From Candidatus Latescibacterota bacterium (lineage in GTDB: Bacteria > Latescibacterota > UBA2968 > UBA8231): a DNA stretch of 64,000 bases. The position numbers were made by a program, and so were the translations under genes. This document shows positions 9,461 to 18,607 of this stretch, one piece after another. The first letter of the stretch is position 1, and each line of letters starts with the position of its first letter. The stretch lies in contig OZ244561.1 of assembly GCA_965217585.1 (NCBI GenBank), positions 2,304,001 through 2,368,000 of the forward strand, given 5' to 3'. The notes beneath the pieces are model-generated. The model worked only from the letters and a program-made list of their open reading frames with translations, had not been told where the DNA came from and did not search any database.

Positions 9461-10646
9461 TCACTTGGGAAAATAGGGCAGTTCGAGACCGGATATGTGC
9501 TGCAGGATGCGGATCACCTGGGCGCTGTAGCCGTACTCGTTGTCGTACCACACGTACAACACGCAGCGTTTGCCCTGGGTAATGGTCGCTCCCGAATCGA
9601 CGATGCCGCTTCTCTCATTGCCGAGGCGCCCCGCGACCCCGCCGCTCGTGCTTGTGATAGTTGTCGATGAGATTCTGGTCGTTGGTGTAGGAATGGCAGG
9701 TCTCGATGTGGCCGCTGGCGATGCCGTAGCGGTCGTGCACGACCTTGAGCACCGGCACGATGGCATTGGTAGTACAGCTGCCGGCGGAGAGGATCCGTTC
9801 TTCCTCCACAATGCAATCGTCGTTGATGCCGTAGACTATATTGGGGACATCGCCCTTGCCGGGTGCGGTCAGGACGACCTTGGCGACCCCCGGGGCTTGG
9901 AGGTGGCGCTCGAGGCCCTCGCGGTCCCGCCAGACACCGGTGTTGTCGAGCACAATGGCGTTTTCAATGCCGTAGGCGCTGTAATCTACGCCCTCCGGGG
10001 TGTCCGAGTAGAGGACGCGGATCATGTTGCCATTGGCGACGATGGCGTTTTCTTTTTGGTCTATGACGATGGTCCCCTTGAAGGGGCCGTGAATGGAGTC
10101 TCGCCGCAGCAGACTGGCCCGTTTCACCAAGTCGCCCTCCAAGCCCGTGCGCACCACCACGGCCCGCAGCCGCCACTTATCGCCCCCGCCGCTGCGTGCG
10201 ATCAGGATCCGCGCCAGTATGCGTCCGACTCGGCCAAAGCCGTAGAGCACCACGTCCTGCGGCTTGTCCAGCCGCGTCTTGCCGCCATTGATCTCAGCCA
10301 GTTGCTGGCGCACAAAAGCGTCCACATCCATGTTCGCGTTACTTCTGTGGAACTTGGTGGTCAACTTGCCGATATCTATCCGCGTCGGGGCCAGATCCAG
10401 CCGGGACAGGGCCTGGAGGACCACAAAGCTCGAAGACACGGAGAGTTCGTCCTTGATCACCTGGCGAGCAAAGCGATGGGCTTTGAGGATATCAATCGTG
10501 GAGTTGTGCACCAGGGAGCGGCCGTAGATCGTGGTGACCACGCCGTAATCCCGGTAGAGTTTGCCGATGAGCGGGACCATGGACTCGGCGACCTCCTCCC
10601 GCTTGGCCCAATCGGCAAAGTAGCTTTCCATCTTCTGGTCGATCAT
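9461..10646 (-). pseudogene. gap: Long-type glyceraldehyde-3-phosphate dehydrogenase with internal deletion and frameshift
   Basis: Frame 1 has LYGFGRVGR, catalytic SAGSCTTNA and HSYTNDQNLIDNYHK..RRGR, then stops at 9615. The C-terminus (GIVDSGAT...LYVWYDNEYGYS) is in another frame at 9461-9620. The intervening LNMV..TGAAKAV...RVPTPNVS segment is absent. Confidence 0.85.
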
Positions 10647-10728
10647 CTGTTCAATTCCTTGAGACCGCCACCACGTTGATCCGCCCGACACTGGCGCGGC
10701 GGGTTTATTAGTACATATTGTAAGAAAA

Positions 10729-10809
10729 TTTGCGGAGGATTGTCCATGTCCACTACCAAATCTGGGGCCGTCGGCGGCGCTATCCCCGGATGTTCTTCGA
10801 CGATCCCAA
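10729..10809 (+). repeat. Degenerate direct repeat (collapsed copy) of 12918-12946 plus 13238-13296
   Basis: 10729-10757 vs 12918-12946: 27/29 identical. 10751-10809 vs 13238-13296: 50/59 identical. Confidence 0.85.
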
Positions 10810-10914
10810 CCTCCAATATCGGCGGCGAACTCCGCGATACCGATTTTGCTCATGGGGGGAAGACCAGCAGTGTGGAGGGGTATTGAGAAACAACTGATGA
10901 AGGACTGAACGAAG

Positions 10915-12903
10915 ATGGCTCGTCAAAAAAAGAAAAGTACCAAGCAGAAAAAGCCCAGCGATCCTTTCTCAAAACTCACTTGGGAAGACCTAGAGGAATG
11001 GGCGGAAAACCGCATCGTCGCCCGGGGACGCTCCTATCAGAGAAGCGGAGCCGTTGGGGACTTGGGACGCGCCGAGGACGGGGCGTTGGTAGCCTGGGTA
11101 ATGGGAACCCGGCGCTATGCCACCCGGGTGCGCATTGAGGGAAGGAAAAACCTAGAATCCGAATGCACCTGTCCCTACTGGACGACCTGCAAACACGCGG
11201 TGGCGGTGGTGCTGGAATACTTGGAAAGCATCAAGACAGAGAGTGCTATTGGCCAAGTTGAGGAGGACGATCCGCGCCTGCTGGAACTAGAGGCGATAGG
11301 GGAAGAGTCCGACGAGTTGGAGGAATTCGATGAGTACGAGGACGGCTTGGAAGAGGCGCGTTCCGGACGCTCGAAATCCAAAAAGTCCAAAACGGCATCC
11401 CTGCGTCCGTACCTCCAAGAGCAGACCAAAGCCGAACTCGTGGCGCTGGTGATTGAACTCGCGGACGCGCACGACGAGGTGCGCCAATTGCTCGCCGACC
11501 GCCGCGACTTGACCTCGGGCCAGACGCAAAAAATTCTCCAGATGATCCGCCGCGAGCTCCGCGACTTAGAAGAGCCGACATGGGGCGACTACGACTACGC
11601 TCCCCCTGCGATTAACACGGATCGCCTCAAGGCGGCCCTCAAAGGGCTGATAGAAGCCGGACAGGCCGACGCAGCGGTGCAACTGGGGCCGGAGCTATTG
11701 GCCGCGGCCAACCAAGTGCTACAGTACGATCGCGAGGGCGAATCCGACGCGGCGTTCTCCGACTGCCTCGATGTCCTTTTTCAGGCCCTAGATACGGCTT
11801 CCCTGTCGCCAGCGGACCAGATAGAATGGGCCATAGATATGGAGCAGGCCGACGAATACAGTCTGTGCGACGCTGGCTTGGCCCACCTCTGGAAAAGGCC
11901 CTACGCCGAAAGCGATTGGTCCGCGGTGAGTGATCGGCTAGCGCAGCGTCTCGAGACCTTCAAGGCTACTGAGGAAGAGTTGCGCTACAAGCGGGACCGA
12001 CTGGCCGACTGGCTGATTCGCGCCTTGGAAAAGGCCGGCCGCCAAGACGAGATCATCCCGCTGTGCGAGCGCGAAGCACCCATCACTTTTAGCTATGAAC
12101 GCTTGGTGGATCGCCTGCTGGCCAAACGCCGCTGGGAAGAGGCCCGCCGCTGGTGCCATCAGGGGATGGAGGCGGTTCACTCCCATTATCCGGGCATTGA
12201 AGCGAGGTTGCGCCATCAGCTACAGACGATTAACGAGCAAAGCGGCGACCCGCTCGCCGGGTTGGCCATTCAGGCCGAGGAGTTTTTTGTTGCGCCTGGT
12301 CTGGCCGGTTTTCAGGATTTGTGCAAAGCCGCTCGCAAGGTGCGCCTCGGCAAGGGCGTCGATGCTTGGGCGCGGCACTATCTGGAAACTGGTCGGCGGC
12401 CCGGTGTCGGTCGGAAACGCAAGAGTGATCCGAAGGTAGCTTGGCCCCTGCCGGCCTCTGAAGTCGAGGTGCGTACTCATCACCAAGCAGCGGAGGCACC
12501 TATGACCGGGACACTAATCCGGTTGGCTATTGCCGAGAAGAAGCCGGATGAGGTGCTCAAGTGGTACGACTATGCCAGCCGCAAAAAGGGTGGGTTGGGA
12601 CTGTCTGACTTCCTCGTCAACCCCACCGAGGTGGCCGAGGCCATCAAGTCGGCCCACCCGGATCGGGCGATAGCCATTTGGCAGGAAACTGCGGAAAGAC
12701 AGATCGCCCAGGTGCAGGTGAGTGGGTACGAGGCCGCGGTTCCCTCTTTGCGAAACATGAAAAATGCGCTCACGCGGACCGGTCGCAAGCAAGAATGGGA
12801 AGCGTATCTGGCTTCCTTGCGAGAGCAGAATAACCGCCGGCCGCGGTGTCTGGAGGTGCTGAGCCGGTTGGAGGGAGGACGTCGGCGAATTATCGACACG
12901 TAA
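10915..12903 (+). CDS. SWIM zinc-finger protein with helical C-terminus
   Basis: ARGRSYQ..G.V, V.GTRRY, SWIM motif CTCPYWTTCKH, acidic linker, helical/TPR-like remainder. Confidence 0.85.
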   Translation: MARQKKKSTKQKKPSDPFSKLTWEDLEEWAENRIVARGRSYQRSGAVGDLGRAEDGALVAWVMGTRRYATRVRIEGRKNLESECTCPYWTTCKHAVAVVLEYLESIKTESAIGQVEEDDPRLLELEAIGEESDELEEFDEYEDGLEEARSGRSKSKKSKTASLRPYLQEQTKAELVALVIELADAHDEVRQLLADRRDLTSGQTQKILQMIRRELRDLEEPTWGDYDYAPPAINTDRLKAALKGLIEAGQADAAVQLGPELLAAANQVLQYDREGESDAAFSDCLDVLFQALDTASLSPADQIEWAIDMEQADEYSLCDAGLAHLWKRPYAESDWSAVSDRLAQRLETFKATEEELRYKRDRLADWLIRALEKAGRQDEIIPLCEREAPITFSYERLVDRLLAKRRWEEARRWCHQGMEAVHSHYPGIEARLRHQLQTINEQSGDPLAGLAIQAEEFFVAPGLAGFQDLCKAARKVRLGKGVDAWARHYLETGRRPGVGRKRKSDPKVAWPLPASEVEVRTHHQAAEAPMTGTLIRLAIAEKKPDEVLKWYDYASRKKGGLGLSDFLVNPTEVAEAIKSAHPDRAIAIWQETAERQIAQVQVSGYEAAVPSLRNMKNALTRTGRKQEWEAYLASLREQNNRRPRCLEVLSRLEGGRRRIIDT

Positions 12904-12934
12904 TCCCATTGGCAACTTTTGCGGAGGATTGTTT

Positions 12935-13117
12935 ATGTCCACTACCTATTGCCCCCAATGCCGCCGCGTCACCAACACGCGCGTTGTCCTTGAGCCCCCG
13001 CGCCGGACGCCCAAAGGGAAGGAACCGGGCCTGCGGGTCATTCATTGTACCCTTTGCAATGGTTTTATTCGCAGCGAGGAAGTGCCCCGCGCCGAAGAGA
13101 AGGATAGCGTACCGTAG
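12935..13117 (+). CDS. Small zinc-ribbon protein
   Basis: RBS ggagga; CPQC...CTLC pairs in 60 aa. Confidence 0.55.
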   Translation: MSTTYCPQCRRVTNTRVVLEPPRRTPKGKEPGLRVIHCTLCNGFIRSEEVPRAEEKDSVP

Positions 13118-13755
13118 CTGCGACTCTACAAGCGTGCTGGTCAGCCGGGCCTGCGGGTACGCCGTCCCAGACGACTCCACTTTGAGACGCATCAAGCCCT
13201 CCGAGAATTGGAAAAGAGCCTCAAGACCTTGGAGCGGCACCACCAAATCCATAGCCGTCGGCGGCGCTCTCCCCGGATGTTCATCGACGACCCTAAGCCC
13301 TTCCTCGACAATATGGATCAGCGCCTATCGCGGCTGGAAGAGATCGACGTCAAATAAAAGAACCGGGCCATGTGCGCCGTTGTCGGTCCAGGCCATGACT
13401 TGATAGCCTGTGAAAAGTGTATATGTTGTCGTCAAATTATTGTGAAAAATGGCGATACATAGTCAAGTTCGCGGAAAGAGAACCAGAGCCTACACAGTCA
13501 ACGACTTCGCTCATTCTCTTGACGGGCGCGGTGGCGTTCCTTTCCTTGCGGACGAAACGTGCGGTGGCGATGGAGTTGATGATGGAACAGCTTTAGGGAC
13601 AGGATACACCTCGGCAAGTAACCTTGAAATCGCGCCTAGTCATGCGGGAATCCTGCGGGGCGATAAAATGTTTACTCATGGACCCGCGACCGCGGTCTGA
13701 TAGAAGGACCAACGGGTAGAGAGACATTTTTGAGCGGTCAATAGAGGACGAAATC

Positions 13756-14889
13756 ATGTCAGGTGATCTAATTAGCGCATTGGGGCGCTGGATTGACAAT
13801 TCGGCGTTCCGAACTGATGCAGTCAAGTTTTTGTCTTTATCTCAAGATGCCGTTGACAAGCTCGCGGCTCTCATCGAGAAGCACGCAACGTTTGACGTCC
13901 CGGCGAGCGAAATCGCTGAATTCGAGAGCGCTTGTGGAAGCGATGGGAATGGACGTGGCATATTGGCAGCCGCACAATTGATCCGTTCATCCGTTCGACG
14001 TATTGACCAAGATGAACGAAGAGAGAACTTGATCAATTTTGCTGCGTTGGTAGGAGTCGAACCATTCGTACCTGAACACTTTTCGGCGTTCTTCTCGTCC
14101 CGACCGGAATTGGACAACGAGGAACTCAGGACCAGCGCCATTGCGATTGCTCCAACTCTAGCAGACGTCAGCCTAAATAGCGACCTCCGCGTTGTGTCGG
14201 ACCCAAATGTGGAGTGCAGGCTTGTTCCCGTTGTCTTTGCCCGGTTGGAGTTCGACGAACCCGTAGCCGGACAACGAGCGCTTTTCATCCAGATCACGGA
14301 AGACTCGCTCGCAGAACTGGAGCAGGAGATCAAAAAAACGAAGGAAATTTTGCAAATCGTTCGTAGTCGATTTGGATCGGATATACTTGCCCGAGAGGCG
14401 GGTTCCTATGTGATGAACTCCGCAGTGAAAGCAGTTTCTCAGACGGCGGAAGGTCCCTATGTGACGGACTCCATGGGGTCGATTGATTGGTCGTTATTCA
14501 AGATACATTTCTTTTCCGCTCCTGAAAGGAAAGCGAGGTTGACTGGCCCGGTCCAGTTCATCAATAAACTCTTGGAAACTTGGCACCTGAACTCTGAAGA
14601 CGCCGTGCCATTGCTCGGGCATGAATCGTCGGAAAAGTCATATGTCTCAGACCTGTTGAATGGACGCACTGCTCTCAAGGGACGCGACACCAAGGACCGA
14701 ATCGTATATCTCTTTCACATCCGAAAAACGTTGTCCGCGCTGTTTCTGAGTGAGGACGACGAGAACAAGTGGCTCCGTGAGCAGCAGGCGACGTTGGGCG
14801 GACAGACGCCGATGCAACGGTTGCTGGAGGGATCGATGGAAAACCTGCTGCTCGTGAAGGAATTCGTTGAAGAGGCGGCGGGCAAGTAG
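13756..14889 (+). CDS. Two-part protein: N-terminal helical plus COMM-like domain, C-terminal Xre/MbcA/ParS-type antitoxin domain
   Basis: C-terminus (LFHIRKTLSALF...ENKWLRE...LGGQTPMQRLLEGSMENLLLVKEFV) fits the MbcA/ParS toxin-binding domain and lies directly upstream of a RES gene. The N-terminal domain call is by pattern only. Possible internal start at 14410/14413. Confidence 0.7.
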   Translation: MSGDLISALGRWIDNSAFRTDAVKFLSLSQDAVDKLAALIEKHATFDVPASEIAEFESACGSDGNGRGILAAAQLIRSSVRRIDQDERRENLINFAALVGVEPFVPEHFSAFFSSRPELDNEELRTSAIAIAPTLADVSLNSDLRVVSDPNVECRLVPVVFARLEFDEPVAGQRALFIQITEDSLAELEQEIKKTKEILQIVRSRFGSDILAREAGSYVMNSAVKAVSQTAEGPYVTDSMGSIDWSLFKIHFFSAPERKARLTGPVQFINKLLETWHLNSEDAVPLLGHESSEKSYVSDLLNGRTALKGRDTKDRIVYLFHIRKTLSALFLSEDDENKWLREQQATLGGQTPMQRLLEGSMENLLLVKEFVEEAAGK

Positions 14890-14891
14890 AA

Positions 14892-15476
14892 GTGCTTGAA
14901 TCGATTCCGATCGAGTCTCGGCAGGTCGCGGTATACCGACTAGCGAGCTATCGCGAGGACGAAGAGTTTATGCATGAACTCGGATTGGATCAGGAGGGCC
15001 GAGACGAGCTCATGGATCTGCTGGAATCGAAAAACGCTAAGGATTCGCTTGAAGCGCTTCTCGATGAACCGTTCAAACGTAAGCCTAGACTCGATAGGAC
15101 AGGATATGGTGTCTCGCGCTTTTCGGATGGTTCGTTCCGCGTGTTTTACTGCTCCACGGAAGCCAATACGGCGGAAGCTGAGGCCCGGCACTATCGTTCC
15201 AAACTTGTCCGTGACCTACCCACACGGTACATGCGTTTTGCGTGCGATTTCGACGGGCGCGTCAAGGACCTGCGGCCGAAGAAAGATGAATGGCCGGAGC
15301 TGACATACGACACCGACTACGGGTTTTGTAACGAACTAGGATCCGAGGCGGTGAAGACGGGTCTGGACGGACTGCTGGCTCTCTCGGTGCGACGGGTGGG
15401 GGGAACGAACATTCCGGTATTTAAGCGGTCTGCGATCAGCAACCCCCGCGATCTTGAGGAGGTAACCGACCTGTGA
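14892..15476 (+). CDS. RES-domain toxin (NAD+ phosphorylase family)
   Basis: SRFSDGSFRVFYCS...TAEAE (R and E) and GLLALSVRR.GG.N..VF (S). Confidence 0.85.
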   Translation: MLESIPIESRQVAVYRLASYREDEEFMHELGLDQEGRDELMDLLESKNAKDSLEALLDEPFKRKPRLDRTGYGVSRFSDGSFRVFYCSTEANTAEAEARHYRSKLVRDLPTRYMRFACDFDGRVKDLRPKKDEWPELTYDTDYGFCNELGSEAVKTGLDGLLALSVRRVGGTNIPVFKRSAISNPRDLEEVTDL

Positions 15477-15656
15477 CACTTCAACTTTCTCGTCAATGGG
15501 GATTGTCGTCTGCAACGAGCGCGATGGCGGGCGTTCTGCAGGTGTCCCGGGTTAAGCTTCGCAACGGGACCGGGACGAGTGGGTGGTTGAACTACGTCCA
15601 TGTCGAGCCATAGGGCTGATCCCGGACGGTCTCGCCCCAGCGAGCGTATGACGAGC

Positions 15657-15694
15657 AAGGCGTCGTCGCGGAGATTCGCGTCGTCGCCTTTTTA
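15657..15694 (+). terminator. Putative intrinsic terminator at a convergent junction
   Basis: Imperfect hairpin aaggcg..cgcg gagatt cgcg..cgcctt followed by a T run. Confidence 0.45.
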
Positions 15695-17665
15695 TTTGAT
15701 CAGAACCATCTTCTGCATCCGAGAGACCTGGTCAGCCCCTGTCAGCCTGCACAGGTAGACACCCGAAGCCCGATCCGAGGCATCCCACGTCGCGGAGTGA
15801 CTCCCGCGGCTCCTGGTCTCGCTGAACAGCGTCTCCACCAGCTGCCCCGTGAGAGTGTGGACCGACAGCGTCACGTGCTGCAACTCCGAGAGCGTGAAGT
15901 GGATCGTGGTGACCGGATTGAAGGGATTCGGGTAGATGCTATCGAGCCTCGTCTTCTGGGGTGCCACCTGGTCCGAGGCAGCGCTGGTTATCGATGTCGC
16001 CACGTGGCCGTCGACCTCTATGGGCCAGCCCTCCAGCAACTCGTGCCAGGGTGCGACGGGCAGATTGCCGTCTTGGTCGCGGGCATACCCGAACATGCGC
16101 CACCTTCCCCCGAGGGCCTGATCCGACACCCTGAATCGCGCTGTGAGGTGAATGCGGTCGCGGCCGTCGGTTCCCCAGGCCGTCTCTGTGCCGTCGACGT
16201 ACAGGCCCTCGATCCCCGTGCGGTCCGTCCAATCCGCTGAACCCTCCCCCTCTCTCGAGTACACGGACCCGCTGGCACCTCGAATGAAGTAGCTGTCGCC
16301 GGCTGAGAACTCCTCCAGAGCGATGCGATCGCCGGTGGCGGAGGCGAGGCGCCTGGAGTTGATGAGCTGGACGCCGATCTCGGCGATGTCATTCGCTCCC
16401 TGAGGGTCGACGGCCAGCGCGTGCAGGTCGTACCAGGTGTTGGTCTCGAGGGTATCGACGCGCTCCTCTGCGCCGGGCAGGGTGACATACATGTGTCCAA
16501 CGAAAGGACTGGGGCTCGAGTCCGGGAAGGGATGGCGGGGCGCAGAACTCAGGGCGCTGTTGTACTTGAAGAGCCGGCCGTCGACGAACAGGTTGTAGGC
16601 CACGAACTTCGTCTCCCCCTCGTAGTCGTAGTCGTCCACCCACAACAGCCGGCGCCACGGATCCGTGGCGTTCACGTTGTCCCCTATGTAGATGTTGTGG
16701 AGCACGGCTTCGGCGATGTGATTGCCGTTGTGCGTTGGATCGCCGAAGTCCAGCATCCGGGAGTACCCGCCGACCGAGTAGTCTCCGCAGCCGGGATCGA
16801 AGTAGTTCCCGGTGATCTCCAGGCTGCCGCTCTTGAAGGCCATGGGCCGGGTGCGCTCGAAGATGTTGTCGCGGACCACGGCTCGAATCGCGTACCCGCC
16901 CTGGGGATGGGTATCGACGCAGGCCTGCCATTGAACTAGGTCGTTGTCGTGGAAGTAGTTGTTCTCCACGGTGAACCGGGTCTGCGGGCTGTTGGAGGCA
17001 ATGGAATGGCGGTTGAAGGTGAATTCGTTGCGCGCTATGGCGACCTCGGAACCGCCGGTGGCCATGGTCGTCCCCGTAATGCTGATCCCATAGCCGAAGC
17101 CATTGCGATAGTTCTCGTGCAGGTAGCTCCCGGTGACCACGCCCCCGCGGGAGTTCATGAAGTCGATGCCCTTGCGGAAGCGGGTGATCTCGCAGTTGCC
17201 GATCTCGAGCTGGTCGTGCCCGACAACGGCGATGCCGTCTCCGGTTCCCGCCTCGTGGGTAATGGCCCCCACGAGCTTGAGGCTCTCGAAGGTCACGGCG
17301 TCGCTCGCCACGTGGAACAGGTCGAGGTCGCTGTCTTCGGTGTAGCACACGGAGGGAGGAGAGTCCCAGTACGGCGGGTCATTCGGCTCTCCCGGCTCGA
17401 CCTCGCCCACGTCCACGAGTTCGGCCGCGCCGAGAAGGGTGATGCTCCTGTCGATGACGACCGTCTCGGTGAACAGGTACTCTCCCCCTATAAACACCAG
17501 TGTGTCCCCTGCGGAGGCTCTGGACACGGCCTCCTGAACCGCCGCGCTGGTGAAGCCCTCCACCTGCAGGCCCTGGGCGGGAGCCACGAGGGCTGGCAGA
17601 AAAGCCACTAGCCACGCACGGACGGCGGCTGTCTTTGCCCTGGTCTTCTCGTTCCTCGTCTCCAT
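15692..17665 (-). CDS. Secreted parallel beta-helix (pectin-lyase-like) protein with C-terminal FlgD-Ig/T9SS-type-A-like domain
   Basis: Signal-like N-terminus; VQEAV..A..GDT; Asn-ladder repeats (ENNYFHDN, RDNIFE, TGNYF); C-terminal YPNPFNP..TI.F...G.LV.TL...W...ASGVY. Confidence 0.8.
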   Translation of the reverse strand: METRNEKTRAKTAAVRAWLVAFLPALVAPAQGLQVEGFTSAAVQEAVSRASAGDTLVFIGGEYLFTETVVIDRSITLLGAAELVDVGEVEPGEPNDPPYWDSPPSVCYTEDSDLDLFHVASDAVTFESLKLVGAITHEAGTGDGIAVVGHDQLEIGNCEITRFRKGIDFMNSRGGVVTGSYLHENYRNGFGYGISITGTTMATGGSEVAIARNEFTFNRHSIASNSPQTRFTVENNYFHDNDLVQWQACVDTHPQGGYAIRAVVRDNIFERTRPMAFKSGSLEITGNYFDPGCGDYSVGGYSRMLDFGDPTHNGNHIAEAVLHNIYIGDNVNATDPWRRLLWVDDYDYEGETKFVAYNLFVDGRLFKYNSALSSAPRHPFPDSSPSPFVGHMYVTLPGAEERVDTLETNTWYDLHALAVDPQGANDIAEIGVQLINSRRLASATGDRIALEEFSAGDSYFIRGASGSVYSREGEGSADWTDRTGIEGLYVDGTETAWGTDGRDRIHLTARFRVSDQALGGRWRMFGYARDQDGNLPVAPWHELLEGWPIEVDGHVATSITSAASDQVAPQKTRLDSIYPNPFNPVTTIHFTLSELQHVTLSVHTLTGQLVETLFSETRSRGSHSATWDASDRASGVYLCRLTGADQVSRMQKMVLIK

Positions 17666-18052
17666 CGCTCGCCATACCTTCCCTGAAAGCCCGTTGTAGG
17701 CTCGTTGTAGGAATATTGCATATGGCCCTTATTAGGACAATTGATATAAGAAGCTCAAGTTGCACGCTCGCTGATCGACAGCATTCGCCACCCAACGGTC
17801 GTCCGCGACAACGCAGCCCGGCAAACCTTTCCGCACATTCGGCCCCAAGGGGTGCGCGAGGCCATCGCAAGTGCGCTTGGCAACGAAGGCCGCGAATGCG
17901 CTGCAACGCATTGGGCCGATGCCCTGTCGTCCAGCGGCGCTGCCCGCGATTGGGGCGGCGTGCGCTTTGGCAACGCCTGTGGAGGAACGTGGCGCATGAA
18001 GCTGTTGTAGCGAAGGTCTGCGAAGGGAAGGCGACGGTGAGGAGAATTCTTT

Positions 18053-18598
18053 ATGATAACGAAAATTAACCAAACGTCCCTCGCGCTTGTGCGTGGGGAT
18101 ATTACACGGGAACAAGTCGATGCGATCGCCAACGCTGCCAACGAGCAACTCATGGGCGGCGGTGGCGTCGATGGTGCCATTCACCGCGCTGGGGGACCGG
18201 CCATAATGGCGGAATGCAGCGCAATCCGCGCCGAGCAGGGCGGTTGTCCCACGGGTCAAGCCGTAATCACGACGGGGGGCAACCTTCCCGCCAAGCACGT
18301 CATCCACACTGTGGGGCCGATCTGGCGGGGCGGAACCGCTGGTGAACCCGAACTTCTTGCTAGCTGTTATCGGGAAAGTTTAAGGCTTGCAGTGGAGCAC
18401 GGCATCAAGACGATTGCCTTTCCATCCATTAGCACCGGCGTGTACGGTTATCCGGTCGCGCAGGCGGCGGTCATCGCGCTCCATGCGGTGAAGCAATTCC
18501 TCGAAGCACACGATGGTCTCGATGAAGTGCGTTTCGTCCTCTTCGACGATGCGACGTACGGCGCTTACGAGAACGCCCTTGCGAAAATGAACGTATAA
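18053..18598 (+). CDS. ymdB: Macro-domain O-acetyl-ADP-ribose deacetylase
   Basis: GDIT, NAAN..LMGGGGVDGAIHRAGG, VIHTVGP, AFPSISTGVYGYP. Confidence 0.92.
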   Translation: MITKINQTSLALVRGDITREQVDAIANAANEQLMGGGGVDGAIHRAGGPAIMAECSAIRAEQGGCPTGQAVITTGGNLPAKHVIHTVGPIWRGGTAGEPELLASCYRESLRLAVEHGIKTIAFPSISTGVYGYPVAQAAVIALHAVKQFLEAHDGLDEVRFVLFDDATYGAYENALAKMNV

Positions 18599-18607
18599 CG
18601 GCGACCG

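Noticed and set aside
8365-9582. 405-aa + strand ORF
   Set aside because: Antisense shadow of the Gfo/Idh/MocA gene in high-GC DNA; no motifs.
9540-10679. 379-aa + strand ORF
   Set aside because: Antisense to the GAPDH sequence, a common shadow ORF.
10647-10853. N-terminal extension of GAPDH in the ORF track
   Set aside because: Runs through the repeat/promoter region; the ATG at 10646 has an RBS (aagga) and fits homolog length.
13409-13700. tgtgaaaa direct repeat (13409, 13441) and the 83-aa ORF at 13449
   Set aside because: The repeat is too short to assign to a regulator; the ORF has no motif or RBS.
17692-17711. cgttgtagg direct repeat with 11-bp period upstream of the beta-helix gene
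   Set aside because: Only two copies; could be an operator but cannot be distinguished from chance.
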